Assembly (NCBI GenBank): GCA_036568945.1
Contig: DATCRN010000259.1
Location: forward strand, 1-24,156
Length of the DNA stretch: 24,156 nucleotides
Direction: 5' to 3'
Origin: Alphaproteobacteria bacterium
GTDB lineage: Bacteria > Pseudomonadota > Alphaproteobacteria > Micavibrionales > UBA1664
Made by a program: the position numbers and the translations under genes. Below, in pieces: positions 8,061 to 17,472 of the stretch. The notes beneath the pieces are model-generated. The model was not told the origin of the DNA. It worked only from the letters and a program-made list of their open reading frames with translations, and did not search any database. Every line of letters begins with the position of its first letter. Positions within the stretch are counted from its first letter, which is position 1.

Positions 8061-10160
8061 GTGAGCAAAAAATTTGGCCTTTCCATTAGAACAAGAATGT
8101 TAGGAATTTTGGTGGCCTTTGCCATTCCAACAGCCATTCTGACTTATCAACTTAATGATGAAATTAGTGCGGATTTAGCATTCGCTCAAAAAGAAATTGA
8201 TGGTACCTCGTATTTGAAGCCTATCATTTCTTTGCTGGATGAGATTGGCGATCTCCAAGTGATTTCTTTGATGAACAGTCGCGGTGAGCCCGGAACGGCA
8301 GAAGCTATAGCAGAAGCAATTCCAACAATCGATGGCTTGGTGGCTGAACTTGCTACGCTTGATCAAAAATATGCTGAGCATCTTGCTCTAACCCCAGAGG
8401 GACTTGAGGCACATAAAGCAACGGTGACGTTCCCTGACGTTCAAAAACTATGGAATTCACTTAAAGTTTCAAAAACTTACAATCAAGCTGCATTTGATGA
8501 GCTTCTTGCAGATATAGCTTCCTTAGGAAGCTATGTTTACAATACTTCCAATATTATTCTGGACCCTGAACTTGATTCTTATTCTTTGGGTGATGTTGCC
8601 GTCGGGCGCTTGGTTCCCATCCTGCAAAAACTTGCTCTCTTAAAGAGCAACACTTACATCCTTCTAAAGGATAATGCTGGCGTATTGCCGGAATCTGAAG
8701 TGGCAAACTTCGCAGTCGAAACGGGCGTTTTGGAACAAACTTTATTCGCCAATGCGATCGCATCAGCAGAGGTTGCACTTGTGGAGGATCCGAATTGGCA
8801 TGGTGTCAGTCCTACACTGGAATCAAATTTACGTCCAATGCTGGAAAATTACAAAAATGCCGGTAAGCCTGTCATGGCTATCTTTAAATCCGTACTGCAT
8901 GGGGGGACAGCAGAACCGGTTGCCTTTGTGAATACGTTAGATGGTATGCATGATATTTCCGCTGAAGTTGGTAATATCGTTTTAGACGAGCTTCATAAAA
9001 TTCTAACTATTCGCCACGATGCAGGTCAAAAAGAACGCATCGAAACATTGATCATATGTGCCCTGGCTGTTGTTTTTGCCATGATCATGTTCTTCATCAT
9101 CTCGGCCAGTATTACACGCCCGATTGGTCGATTGACCTCGGCAATGGGGACGCTAGCAGAAGGTGATAATACCATTGAAATTCCTGGCCTAAACCGTTCC
9201 GATGAAATTGGCAACATGGCCAAGGCTGTAGGCGTCTTTAAAGAGAATGCGATTCAAATTGAAAAAATGAACGCAAGCGCCGAAGAACAGAAAAAACGCG
9301 CCGAAGCTGAGAAGAAAGAAGCCATGCATAAACTTGCTGGCGAATTCGACTCGCGTGTCGGCGGTGTTATTCGTACGCTTACATCGGCGGCAGAAGGCAT
9401 GACAATGACGGCGCAAGCTATGAAAACCGCATCTGACCAAACAGCACAAATTTCGAGCATGGTGGCTTCAGGTGCAACGCAAGCTGATTCAAACGTGCAA
9501 ACGGTTGCAGCGGCTTCTGAAGAATTGGCTGCGTCTTCGTCCGAAATTGCACGCCAAATCGACAGCGTTGCGAAAAAGGCCACGATGGCCGCACAAGATG
9601 CGCAAGCAACACGTGTGTCCGTACAAGAACTGGTGCAATTGGCAGATTCCATCGGTGATGTCATTTCAACGATTAAAGATATCGCTGATCAAACCAACCT
9701 TTTGGCACTTAATGCCACGATCGAAGCTGCCCGCGCTGGTGAAGCTGGTAAAGGCTTCGCCGTTGTGGCTGATGAAGTCAAAAAACTGGCTTCTGAAACA
9801 GGCAGCAAAACAGAAGAGATCGACCAACGTGTTGTCCGCATCCAGGAGGCGATCCGCACGTCAGTGGAAGCCATGGAAAAGATCATTGATAACGTCAGCC
9901 AAATCGATGCGGCTACCACATCTGTTGCATCCGCTGTGGAAGAACAAAATGCTGCGACCGCTGAAATCGGCCGTAACGTGACGGAAGCATCGACAGGCAC
10001 ACAACAAGTGTCGTCATCGATCGTGCAAGTTCAACAAAATGCCGCCGAAACGGGCCAGTCCGCTAATATGGTGCTGGATGCCGCGTCTGACTTGAAGCAG
10101 CAATCGGAATTGTTGCAAGATGAGGTTGGCAAATTCTTGAACGAAATTCGCAGTTCATAA
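8061..10160 (+). CDS. Methyl-accepting chemotaxis protein (TM - helical periplasmic sensor - TM - HAMP - signalling domain)
   Basis: SD GGAGG then GTG 8061. Two TM segments, HAMP ([10 protein letters not shown]) and hairpin tip [31 protein letters not shown]. Confidence 0.95.
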   Translation: MSKKFGLSIRTRMLGILVAFAIPTAILTYQLNDEISADLAFAQKEIDGTSYLKPIISLLDEIGDLQVISLMNSRGEPGTAEAIAEAIPTIDGLVAELATLDQKYAEHLALTPEGLEAHKATVTFPDVQKLWNSLKVSKTYNQAAFDELLADIASLGSYVYNTSNIILDPELDSYSLGDVAVGRLVPILQKLALLKSNTYILLKDNAGVLPESEVANFAVETGVLEQTLFANAIASAEVALVEDPNWHGVSPTLESNLRPMLENYKNAGKPVMAIFKSVLHGGTAEPVAFVNTLDGMHDISAEVGNIVLDELHKILTIRHDAGQKERIETLIICALAVVFAMIMFFIISASITRPIGRLTSAMGTLAEGDNTIEIPGLNRSDEIGNMAKAVGVFKENAIQIEKMNASAEEQKKRAEAEKKEAMHKLAGEFDSRVGGVIRTLTSAAEGMTMTAQAMKTASDQTAQISSMVASGATQADSNVQTVAAASEELAASSSEIARQIDSVAKKATMAAQDAQATRVSVQELVQLADSIGDVISTIKDIADQTNLLALNATIEAARAGEAGKGFAVVADEVKKLASETGSKTEEIDQRVVRIQEAIRTSVEAMEKIIDNVSQIDAATTSVASAVEEQNAATAEIGRNVTEASTGTQQVSSSIVQVQQNAAETGQSANMVLDAASDLKQQSELLQDEVGKFLNEIRSS

Positions 10161-10175
10161 GATAACATGAGATTT

Positions 10176-10205
10176 AAAAAGCCCGGCAAATGCCGGGCTT
10201 TTTTT
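10176..10205. terminator. Bidirectional intrinsic terminator between convergent MCP and UDG
   Basis: A5-GCCCGGCA-AA-TGCCGGGC-T7. Confidence 0.9.
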
Positions 10206-10845
10206 ATTGCACAAGTGTTCTGCATCTCGCAATCACATCACGGAACATTTCAGTTGTCAGTCTTCCAGTGTTCGTATTGTAACGTGACGTGTGATACGTA
10301 TCGACCAACTTGAGGCCGTTGGGCAATTCATGCACATGCCCGTGTTTAAATTTATAGGCGGACAATTTAAGATCGAACGCTTTTAAAACCGCATTATGCG
10401 CGATGGTGCCTTGCGTCAAAAGAACTTTTAGATTTTTAAGCCCTTGCAATTCTCCCACCAAAAACTGGCGGCAGGTTTTCTCTTCTTGAGGAAGGGGTTT
10501 ATTTTGCGGCGGCACACACCGCACTGCATTGGTAATGCGGCAATTAATGAGCTCCAATCCATCATCAGGCCTTGCTTTGAAGACACCTTTGGCAAAGCCG
10601 AAATCAATCAAGGTTGGATACAATAATTCCCCCGCATAATCGCCTGTGAAGGGGCGTCCGGAAAAGTTAGCGCCCTTAAGACCTGGCGCAAGACCTACAA
10701 TCAAAAGCTTGCAATCCAAAGGGCCAAAAGATGGAACTGGGCCATTGAATTTATCGGGAAATTTAGCCCGGTTTTCATGGCGGAAATCCACCAAACGCGG
10801 GCAAAGCGGGCAATCATAGGGGGCTTGGACGGGACAATCGGTCAT
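10204..10845 (-). CDS. Uracil-DNA glycosylase, family 5 (UdgB-like, [4Fe-4S])
   Basis: CPLC...RC..PQNKP...C cysteines, GLAPG, GRPFTGD, YHTSRYNTNTGRL. Start is 10845 or 10860. Usual position upstream of and divergent from rpoZ. Confidence 0.9.
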   Translation of the reverse strand: MTDCPVQAPYDCPLCPRLVDFRHENRAKFPDKFNGPVPSFGPLDCKLLIVGLAPGLKGANFSGRPFTGDYAGELLYPTLIDFGFAKGVFKARPDDGLELINCRITNAVRCVPPQNKPLPQEEKTCRQFLVGELQGLKNLKVLLTQGTIAHNAVLKAFDLKLSAYKFKHGHVHELPNGLKLVDTYHTSRYNTNTGRLTTEMFRDVIARCRTLVQ

Positions 10846-10902
10846 AACGGGCCATACCATGCCTCCAAGGGCTTGAAATGTCTAGGGTTTGGATGAATTT
10901 GC

Positions 10903-10931
10903 TTGATCTTATGGGGCCAGCCCGTTAGAAA
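10903..10931 (+). promoter_or_regulatory. Candidate rpoZ promoter
   Basis: TTGATC-N17-TAGAAA (alpha-type -10 lacking -7T), with SD AGAGGA downstream. Confidence 0.45.
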
Positions 10932-10962
10932 AGCGCCATAGATTTAAACCAAAGAGGAATCC

Positions 10963-11373
10963 ATGGCCCGCGTAACCGTCGAAGACTGCATCCTAGAAGT
11001 CCCCAACCGTTTTGAATTGGTAATGTTGGCAGCGCAGCGCGCTCGTAAAATCGGCACTGGCGCGGCATTGACGCTGGATCGCGATAATGACAAGAACCCG
11101 GTGGTGGCTTTACGCGAAATCGCTGAAAAAACCATCGTTACGGACGAGCTCAAAGAAGACCTTACGCAATCCTATCAAAAAGTTCACCTGAACGAAGATG
11201 ACGAACCCAATCTGGCCGAAATGATGGATGCGGAAGAGCAAGCCTTGGCCGACAACGCCAAATTGACTGCTGAAGCTGATGATTTGGACGCCGATGCTGA
11301 TGATGAGGACGAAGAACTCGACGATCTGGAATCCATGGCCGGCATGGGCGCCGAAGACGAAGAAGAAGCGTAA
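10963..11373 (+). CDS. rpoZ: RNA polymerase omega subunit with acidic C-terminal tail
   Basis: MARVTVEDC...[14 protein letters not shown]...[12 protein letters not shown]. Confidence 0.97.
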   Translation: MARVTVEDCILEVPNRFELVMLAAQRARKIGTGAALTLDRDNDKNPVVALREIAEKTIVTDELKEDLTQSYQKVHLNEDDEPNLAEMMDAEEQALADNAKLTAEADDLDADADDEDEELDDLESMAGMGAEDEEEA

Positions 11374-11405
11374 GCCTCCTTTAATTTTTAAGCTTTAGAA
11401 ACAAT

Positions 11406-11439
11406 GGGCTGGCGGCATTTCCCCCAGCCCTTTTCTTTT
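11406..11439 (+). terminator. Intrinsic terminator between rpoZ and spoT
   Basis: GGGCTGG-11 nt-CCAGCCC followed by TTTTCTTTT. Confidence 0.65.
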
Positions 11440-11447
11440 GCTACACT
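11439..11447 (+). promoter_or_regulatory. Extended -10 for a leaderless spoT transcript
   Basis: TG-C-TACACT then 6 nt then ATG 11454; no SD. Confidence 0.55.
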
Positions 11448-11453
11448 AAACGC

Positions 11454-13664
11454 ATGTTAAATACTGTGGAACCTCATACGACCGGCCTTGCAGGCCTTCC
11501 CGCGACAGATCCTGGCGCGGCACTCATCGAACGCGTCAGCGCCTATATGGCCCCTGCGCAGGTCGATAAGGTCAAAGCCGCCATTGAATTCGCCAAACAA
11601 AAACACGAAGGCCAAACAAGGTCGTCGGGCGAACCCTATTACACGCATCCAGTCGAAGTCGCGATTATCCTTGCTGATATGCGGCTGGATACAGCCACAA
11701 TCCTGACTGCCATTTTGCATGATACGGTCGAAGATACCGATGCGACGTTGGAAGACATCAAAAAAGGCTTCGGGGCTGAAGTCGCGCCTCTGGTCGATGG
11801 CGTTTCAAAATTATCGCAGATCGAAAGCAAAACGGTCGAAGGCAAGCAGGCAGAAAACTTCCGCAAGCTTGTGCTTGCGATGTCCGAAGACATTCGCGTG
11901 CTCTTGGTCAAACTTGCCGATCGCTTACACAATATGCGCACTTTGCATCATGTGCCAAAGATTGAAAAGCGCCAACGTATCGCCTCTGAAACGATCGAAA
12001 TTTATGCCCCTCTTGCTGAACGCATTGGCGTTCACGCGATTAAAGAAGAACTCGAAGATTTGTCTTTCGGTCATATTAAACCGGAAGCACGGGAATCGAT
12101 TACCGCACGTTTGAGTTTCTTGCGTGCGGAAGGCACTGATGTCGTGAATGAAATTATTACGACACTCGCAAAAGTGCTCAAACAAGCCCATATCGAAGCT
12201 GACATCACAGGCCGCGAAAAAACACGCTATTCCATTTGGAAAAAAATGCAGCGGAAAAATGTAGCGTTCGAGCAGCTGTCGGACATCATGGCCTTCCGCG
12301 TTGTCGTAAAAGATGTGGCTGAATGTTATCATGTGCTGGGTGTTATTCACTCTGCCTTCCCAACTGTGCCGGGTCGCTTCAAGGATTACATTTCGACGCC
12401 TAAGCCAAACGGATATAAGTCCATTCACACGACAGTCTTGGGCCCGCACAATCAACGCATTGAAATCCAGATCCGTACGGCGGAAATGCATTCCGAAGCC
12501 GATCTAGGTGTGGCTGCGCACTGGGCCTATAAAAACGGTAAACCGCCAGCACCGGAAGAACTTAAGAAATTTCGCTGGCTACGCGACTTGCTCGATATCA
12601 TTGATTCCGAAGCAAAACCCGAAGATTTCCTAGCGAACACCAAACTCTCCTTGTTCCAGGACATGGTATATTGCTTTACGCCCAAGGGCGATTTGATTGA
12701 ATTGCCTAATGGTGCCACGCCGGTCGATTTTGCCTATGCGATTCACTCCAATGTGGGTGATGCAACGGTGTCCGCCAAAATCAACGGACGTATTGCGCCA
12801 TTGAATACTAAATTATCGAATGGCGACCAGGTCGACATTCAAACGCAGAAAAACCAAACCCCATCGCCTACATGGGAACGCTTTGCCGTTACAGGAAAAG
12901 CAAAATCGCATATTCGCCGTTATATTCGCCAGCAGCAACGCGACCAGTACATTCAACTTGGCCGCGCTATGATGCAAAAAATCTTCAAGGCGGAAGGTTA
13001 TGATTACACCGATAAGGCAATGACACCTTTGGTAGGACAATATAAAACTGAAAATTTGGATGACGTTTTTGCCGGCATCGGTCAGGGCAATTTATCTGCA
13101 CGCGAAATGTTCCGCGTGCTGTTCCCATCGCATAAAACGGAACCAACCGCGCCAATTAAAAATCCTGGCGATATCGTCAATCCGTTTGAAAAGGCGCGTA
13201 AACCGGGTGCCGCTTTGCCAATTAAGGGACTTATTCCCGGCATGGCCGTGCATTACGCGCGGTGTTGCCACCCTCTGCCCGGCGACCGCATCGTCGGCAT
13301 TGTCACAACCGGTAAGGGCGTGACGATTCATACGATCGATTGCGAAACGCTGGAAACATTCGCAGATACGCCAGAACGTTGGCTGGACGTACAATGGTCG
13401 GAAGGCGACGATAGCCCCGAAACGCATGTTGGCCGTCTGAACATTACGATCACAAACGAGTCCGGATCGCTTGCAACATTATCAACCGTGATTGCTAAAA
13501 ACGGCGCTAACATAACGAACTTGAAAATCACCAATCGTTCGACCGATTTCTGGGACATGTATGTTGACGTCTGGGTACAGGATACGAAACACCTCAACAA
13601 CGTCATTGCGGCATTGCGTGCGACTAGTTGCGTGACATCCATTGAACGTACGCGAGGAAGATAA
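11454..13664 (+). CDS. spoT: Bifunctional (p)ppGpp synthetase/hydrolase (long RSH: HD, SYNTH, TGS, ACT)
   Basis: GEPYYTHP, HDTVED, RFKDYI (RxKD), YKSIHT, EIQIRT, TGS (FTPKGD...DFAYAIH), ARCC..LPGD and an ACT tail. Confidence 0.97.
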   Translation: MLNTVEPHTTGLAGLPATDPGAALIERVSAYMAPAQVDKVKAAIEFAKQKHEGQTRSSGEPYYTHPVEVAIILADMRLDTATILTAILHDTVEDTDATLEDIKKGFGAEVAPLVDGVSKLSQIESKTVEGKQAENFRKLVLAMSEDIRVLLVKLADRLHNMRTLHHVPKIEKRQRIASETIEIYAPLAERIGVHAIKEELEDLSFGHIKPEARESITARLSFLRAEGTDVVNEIITTLAKVLKQAHIEADITGREKTRYSIWKKMQRKNVAFEQLSDIMAFRVVVKDVAECYHVLGVIHSAFPTVPGRFKDYISTPKPNGYKSIHTTVLGPHNQRIEIQIRTAEMHSEADLGVAAHWAYKNGKPPAPEELKKFRWLRDLLDIIDSEAKPEDFLANTKLSLFQDMVYCFTPKGDLIELPNGATPVDFAYAIHSNVGDATVSAKINGRIAPLNTKLSNGDQVDIQTQKNQTPSPTWERFAVTGKAKSHIRRYIRQQQRDQYIQLGRAMMQKIFKAEGYDYTDKAMTPLVGQYKTENLDDVFAGIGQGNLSAREMFRVLFPSHKTEPTAPIKNPGDIVNPFEKARKPGAALPIKGLIPGMAVHYARCCHPLPGDRIVGIVTTGKGVTIHTIDCETLETFADTPERWLDVQWSEGDDSPETHVGRLNITITNESGSLATLSTVIAKNGANITNLKITNRSTDFWDMYVDVWVQDTKHLNNVIAALRATSCVTSIERTRGR

Positions 13665-13666
13665 TT

Positions 13667-13696
13667 AAAAAGGCGCCCAACCCGGCGCCTTTTTTT
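13667..13696. terminator. Bidirectional intrinsic terminator after spoT
   Basis: A5-GGCGCC-CAACCC-GGCGCC-T7. Confidence 0.85.
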
Positions 13697-13716
13697 GTTC
13701 CCCACTTGTAAATTCC

Positions 13717-13854
13717 TTATTTGGATCGCGTACCTAAACGGATCGAACCTTGCAAAGGGTAGGATTCCAATTTTTTACGCGTATCGTTCAATTTAAACTC
13801 TAGAGCACGATCGTGCTGCTCTTGTCGGTCCAAATGCTGAGTCAGTTGTTTCAT
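13717..13854 (-). CDS. Candidate 45-aa small protein (not in the ORF track)
   Basis: MKQLTQHLDRQEQHDRALEFKLNDTRKKLESYPLQGSIRLGTRSK*. SD AGGGA 8 nt before the ATG. Stop is 20 nt from the bidirectional terminator. No homology evidence. Confidence 0.45.
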   Translation of the reverse strand: MKQLTQHLDRQEQHDRALEFKLNDTRKKLESYPLQGSIRLGTRSK

Positions 13855-13901
13855 GGCAAAGTTCCCTGATGCTGGCTGGTTAAAATCAATTCGTCATACC
13901 C

Positions 13902-13934
13902 ATGATAGGGTTTTAGGCGCTAACAACCCGTTAA
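13902..13934 (-). promoter_or_regulatory. CtrA-box-like site plus -10 for the minus-strand small unit
   Basis: Minus strand TTAA-N7-TTAG (13934-13920), 12 nt, then TATCAT (13907-13902). Confidence 0.45.
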
Positions 13935-13973
13935 AAAAGGCGGGTTTTCCTATGCTTTTGGCGCAACTCTGCT

Positions 13974-14002
13974 TTGACCAACAAGGCGGAATGGATCATA
14001 GT
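13974..14002 (+). promoter_or_regulatory. Sigma70 promoter for the DUF2062-acpS-lepB-rnc-era operon, leaderless at 14009
   Basis: TTGACC-N17-CATAGT-N6-ATG. Confidence 0.6.
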
Positions 14003-14008
14003 TCCCCC

Positions 14009-14572
14009 ATGTTTAAACGCCGTCAGAAGCGCAGTTTTTTACGCCGTATCAAAGAGTTGCTATGGCCATCCATGGGTTGGCGCCGCGCTGGGCATTATTT
14101 GGCCCTGCGCATCCTGCGTCTTTCCGACGCGGACGGGCATGACGTGATTGCACAAAGCGTGGCCTGGGGCATCGGTATGTCGTTTTTCCCCATCTTAGGT
14201 GTACACGCCCTTATGGCAGGGGCGGCAGCTGCTTTATTCCGTCTTAAAATCATCGTGTCGGTGATCGGCACCCTTATCATACCACCGGTCGTATTGCCGG
14301 TTTTATTCAGCATTGATTTCTTAGTCGGACGCAAAATTTTAAACGCGCTTGGCTTTTACGGCTGGGGCAAAGAAGCCAGTTTTAACCAAAATGTGGCTGG
14401 CAACGATTGGACCTGGCTTGCCGATCATTTCTACGAATTATTTGTGCCCGCTTTGATCGGCTTTTTAATCTTTTTGCCTATGGCATGGTGCGCAGGTTAT
14501 ATGCTGACCCACAAAATCATGGATATTCTGCGTGCCCGTTATAACCGCAAACATAAAGGAGCGCCTGTATGA
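14009..14572 (+). CDS. DUF2062-family membrane protein
   Basis: [38 protein letters not shown]... followed by hydrophobic segments, the typical N-terminus of this family. Promoter position favours 14009 over the track's 13853. ATGA overlap with acpS. Confidence 0.75.
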   Translation: MFKRRQKRSFLRRIKELLWPSMGWRRAGHYLALRILRLSDADGHDVIAQSVAWGIGMSFFPILGVHALMAGAAAALFRLKIIVSVIGTLIIPPVVLPVLFSIDFLVGRKILNALGFYGWGKEASFNQNVAGNDWTWLADHFYELFVPALIGFLIFLPMAWCAGYMLTHKIMDILRARYNRKHKGAPV

Positions 14573-14979
14573 TCATCGGTACCGGCGAAGACACCGTCGA
14601 CATACGCCGTATCCAAGATACGCTGGATCGCTTCGGCGATAGATTCTTGAAACGCGCATTTACGGAAGAAGAGCAGTTAAAGGCCTCCAGCCGCAAAGGA
14701 TCACGGGAACCTGCCTCAACCCTGGCCAAACGTTTTGCCGCAAAAGAGGCGGCTTCCAAGGCCTTAGGCACCGGTTTTCGCGCTGGTGTGTCCCTAAAAT
14801 CCATCGGGGTCATCAATGCCCCTTCCGGCAAACCCACGCTTTTGCTACAAGATGGCGCGGCCAAAAGGCTGGAAAGCCTAACGCCGCAAGGGCATGAAGT
14901 GCGTATCCATTTAACCCTGTCTGATGAATACCCATATGCGCGTGCCTTTGTTATTATCGAGGCGATCAAAGAAGGATGA
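14569..14979 (+). CDS. acpS: Holo-[acyl-carrier-protein] synthase
   Basis: [36 protein letters not shown]. Confidence 0.95.
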   Translation: MIIGTGEDTVDIRRIQDTLDRFGDRFLKRAFTEEEQLKASSRKGSREPASTLAKRFAAKEAASKALGTGFRAGVSLKSIGVINAPSGKPTLLLQDGAAKRLESLTPQGHEVRIHLTLSDEYPYARAFVIIEAIKEG

Positions 14980-15761
14980 CTATGAGTAACGATAATCAAG
15001 AACAGGCTTTGGAAGACGAATTCAGCAAGGATGCGGAATCCGAATGGATGGAATTATTCACGACCGCGTTTTGGGCGATCGCGATTGCCTTATTGATCCG
15101 CACGTTCCTTTTTGAACCTTTTAATATTCCATCCGGTTCTATGAAGCCCAATTTACTGGTCGGCGATTATTTGTTTGTCTCGAAATACACGTATGGATAT
15201 TCCCGTTACTCCCTGCCCTTTGGCTTGCCGCTGTTGCCTGGGCGGGTGATGGCGCATGAACCTCTACGTGGAGATGTCGCTGTCTTTCGCCTGCCTACCA
15301 ATCCCGGCACAGATTATATCAAGCGTGTGATTGGTCTGCCCGGCGATCATATTCAAATGCGCTCTGGCCGTTTGTATATCAATGGCAAGATTGTTGAACG
15401 AGAACTGGTCGATCAAACCGTAGATGTCGAAGCCGATGGCGGCGAACAACCAATGACGATTTACAATGAAACGCTGCCCGGCGGTGTCACACACATTATT
15501 TACGAAGAATCCGATCGCGGTCCTTTGGATAATACGCGCGAGTTCATTGTGCCTGAAAATCATTATTTCATGATGGGTGATAACCGTGACAACAGCCAAG
15601 ATAGCCGCGTGACCGAAATGGTCGGCTTTGTGCCGTTCATCAATTTTGTTGGTAAAGCACAGCGCTTATTTTTCTCCACCAACGGTTATGCTCATTTGTG
15701 GGAGTTCTGGCGTTGGCCTCAAACGGTGCGCTATAGTCGCATTGGCATGAAAGTAGAATAG
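14976..15761 (+). CDS. lepB: Signal peptidase I
   Basis: PSGSM (catalytic Ser), YIKRVIG (catalytic Lys), [11 protein letters not shown]. Start is 14976 or 14982. Confidence 0.97.
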   Translation: MTMSNDNQEQALEDEFSKDAESEWMELFTTAFWAIAIALLIRTFLFEPFNIPSGSMKPNLLVGDYLFVSKYTYGYSRYSLPFGLPLLPGRVMAHEPLRGDVAVFRLPTNPGTDYIKRVIGLPGDHIQMRSGRLYINGKIVERELVDQTVDVEADGGEQPMTIYNETLPGGVTHIIYEESDRGPLDNTREFIVPENHYFMMGDNRDNSQDSRVTEMVGFVPFINFVGKAQRLFFSTNGYAHLWEFWRWPQTVRYSRIGMKVE

Positions 15762-15762
15762 G

Positions 15763-16428
15763 ATGACAATCGGCGATTTGCAGCAGCGTTTAGGATATCG
15801 GTTTAAAGATGCCGCGCTGCTGACACTCGCTCTGACACATGCATCTGCTGGCACGGCAGATTACGAACGCCTTGAATTTTTAGGTGATCGCGTGCTCGGC
15901 CTTATCGTTGCTGAATGCCTTTATAATCTCTACCCGCATGAACCCGAAGGCGATTTGTCCAAGCGCCACACCGCCTTAGTGCGTGGTGAAACACTGGCGC
16001 GCGCAGCACGCTCTTTAAAGCTGGGTGATGACATGATTTTATCGGCGGCAGAACGCAGCTCAGGCGGCGCCGAGAATGACAATATTCTATCCGATGTTTT
16101 GGAGGCCGTGATTGGCGCAGTATATCTGGATGGGGGCCTTGAAAAAGCGCGCGATGTGCTGACCCCTTTAATCGATGGCGATTTAAAGTCGATGGCCGCC
16201 CCGCCGCGAGATTCCAAAACGGCTTTGCAGGAATGGTCGCAGGCGCGAAATTTTGGACTGCCTGAATATAGTTTGGTTGAACGCTCAGGACCCGATCATG
16301 CGCCTGAATTCATTATTCGCGTAAGCGTCCACGGGCTACCCGCGATGGAAGCATCGGGATCCTCCAAGCGTCTGGCTGAAAAAGCAGCGGCACAAAAAAT
16401 GCTCGACCATTTGGAATCCGCAACATGA
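15763..16428 (+). CDS. rnc: Ribonuclease III
   Basis: ERLEFLGD signature, DVLEAVIGA, C-terminal dsRBD (KTALQEW...GPDHAP). Confidence 0.97.
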   Translation: MTIGDLQQRLGYRFKDAALLTLALTHASAGTADYERLEFLGDRVLGLIVAECLYNLYPHEPEGDLSKRHTALVRGETLARAARSLKLGDDMILSAAERSSGGAENDNILSDVLEAVIGAVYLDGGLEKARDVLTPLIDGDLKSMAAPPRDSKTALQEWSQARNFGLPEYSLVERSGPDHAPEFIIRVSVHGLPAMEASGSSKRLAEKAAAQKMLDHLESAT

Positions 16429-17339
16429 CTGATACAAAATGCGGCTATGTCGCGCTGATCGGTGCCCCCAATGCGGGCAAATCCGAACTTATCAATAAGC
16501 TCACCGGGCAAAAAATCTCCATCGTTTCGCCTAAAGTGCAAACCACGCGCACGCGCGTGCTGGGCATCGTGACCGACAAAAATGTCCAGGCTATCTTTAT
16601 CGACACACCCGGCCTGTTTAAACCACGTCGCCGTCTGGATCGCGCCATGGTAGCCGCCGCTCATACCGCCCGGGATGAGGCCGATATTATTGCCCTTATT
16701 GTCGACGTTGGTCGTAAAGATGCGGCTGAAACAGCCACCAAATTAGCGTCGCGCATCCCAGAAAATGCCGGCCAACAAAAGGTTCTAATCCTTAATAAAA
16801 TCGACCTAATCGCACGAGATAAGCTCCTGCCTTTAACAGCGACCTTAAATGATCGTTTTGCCTTTGATGCGACGTTCATGATTTCGGCTTTAAAGGGTAG
16901 CGGCGTATCTGACTTCTTAGCTTACGTTCAAAAGACGCTGCCCGAAGCGCCTTATCTATACGATGAAGAAATCGCATCCGATACACCCGACCGCATTTTG
17001 GCGGCCGAGATAGTGCGTGAAAAATTATACCTAAGATTACACGAAGAGTTACCTTACGGACTTCAAGTAAAAACTGAAAAATTTGACGAACGTGATGATA
17101 AAACGATCGCAATTTACTGTCAGATCACGACATCAGAGGCGCGTCACAAAGGCATGATCATCGGCAAAGGCGGCGCTCAATTAAAAATAGTCGGGCAGCT
17201 TGCGCGCGAAGAGCTCGAGCATATTTTCGAGACAAAAGTGCATTTGTTTTTAGACGTTGCAGTGCAAGAAGGTTGGGATGAGTCGCGTGAAGAGATCCTG
17301 CAACTCGGCTTGAATCCTGATGGTCAAGAAGGCACTTGA
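16425..17339 (+). CDS. era: GTPase Era
   Basis: GAPNAGKS, QTTR, DTPG, NKID, KH domain IIGKGG. ATGA overlap with rnc. Confidence 0.96.
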   Translation: MTDTKCGYVALIGAPNAGKSELINKLTGQKISIVSPKVQTTRTRVLGIVTDKNVQAIFIDTPGLFKPRRRLDRAMVAAAHTARDEADIIALIVDVGRKDAAETATKLASRIPENAGQQKVLILNKIDLIARDKLLPLTATLNDRFAFDATFMISALKGSGVSDFLAYVQKTLPEAPYLYDEEIASDTPDRILAAEIVREKLYLRLHEELPYGLQVKTEKFDERDDKTIAIYCQITTSEARHKGMIIGKGGAQLKIVGQLAREELEHIFETKVHLFLDVAVQEGWDESREEILQLGLNPDGQEGT

Positions 17340-17342
17340 TTT

Positions 17343-17472
17343 TCATCCACTTTGAATCAGATTCTTTTTGTAAAATTCATTGATCTCTTTCCAGTGGATA
17401 AGTGACGCCCCCTTTCATTCATCTCATTGAACGCGACTCATCCTTTGATAGGGTAGCCACATCGAACTTAAC
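17343..17472 (+). promoter_or_regulatory. gcrA upstream region with DnaA-box-like sites, GANTC sites and a candidate promoter
   Basis: TCATCCACT 17343-17351 and TTATCCACT on - at 17393-17401. GANTC at 17354, 17360 and 17435. TTGAAC(17427)-N16-TAGGGT(17449). TTAAC at 17468. Confidence 0.45.

Noticed and set aside
11200-11373. Very acidic C-terminal tail of RpoZ
   Set aside because: Acidic omega extensions are usual in alphaproteobacteria.
13732-13764. CCTAAAC...GGTAGG resembling the P2 arm of a c-di-GMP-I riboswitch
   Set aside because: The upstream GCAAA/GNRA P1 elements are absent, and it lies about 250 nt from the next + strand start with a separate promoter in between.
13853-14008. Track's 52-aa N-terminal extension of DUF2062
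   Set aside because: It does not resemble the family, and a TTGACC-N17-CATAGT promoter sits inside it, pointing to a start at 14009.
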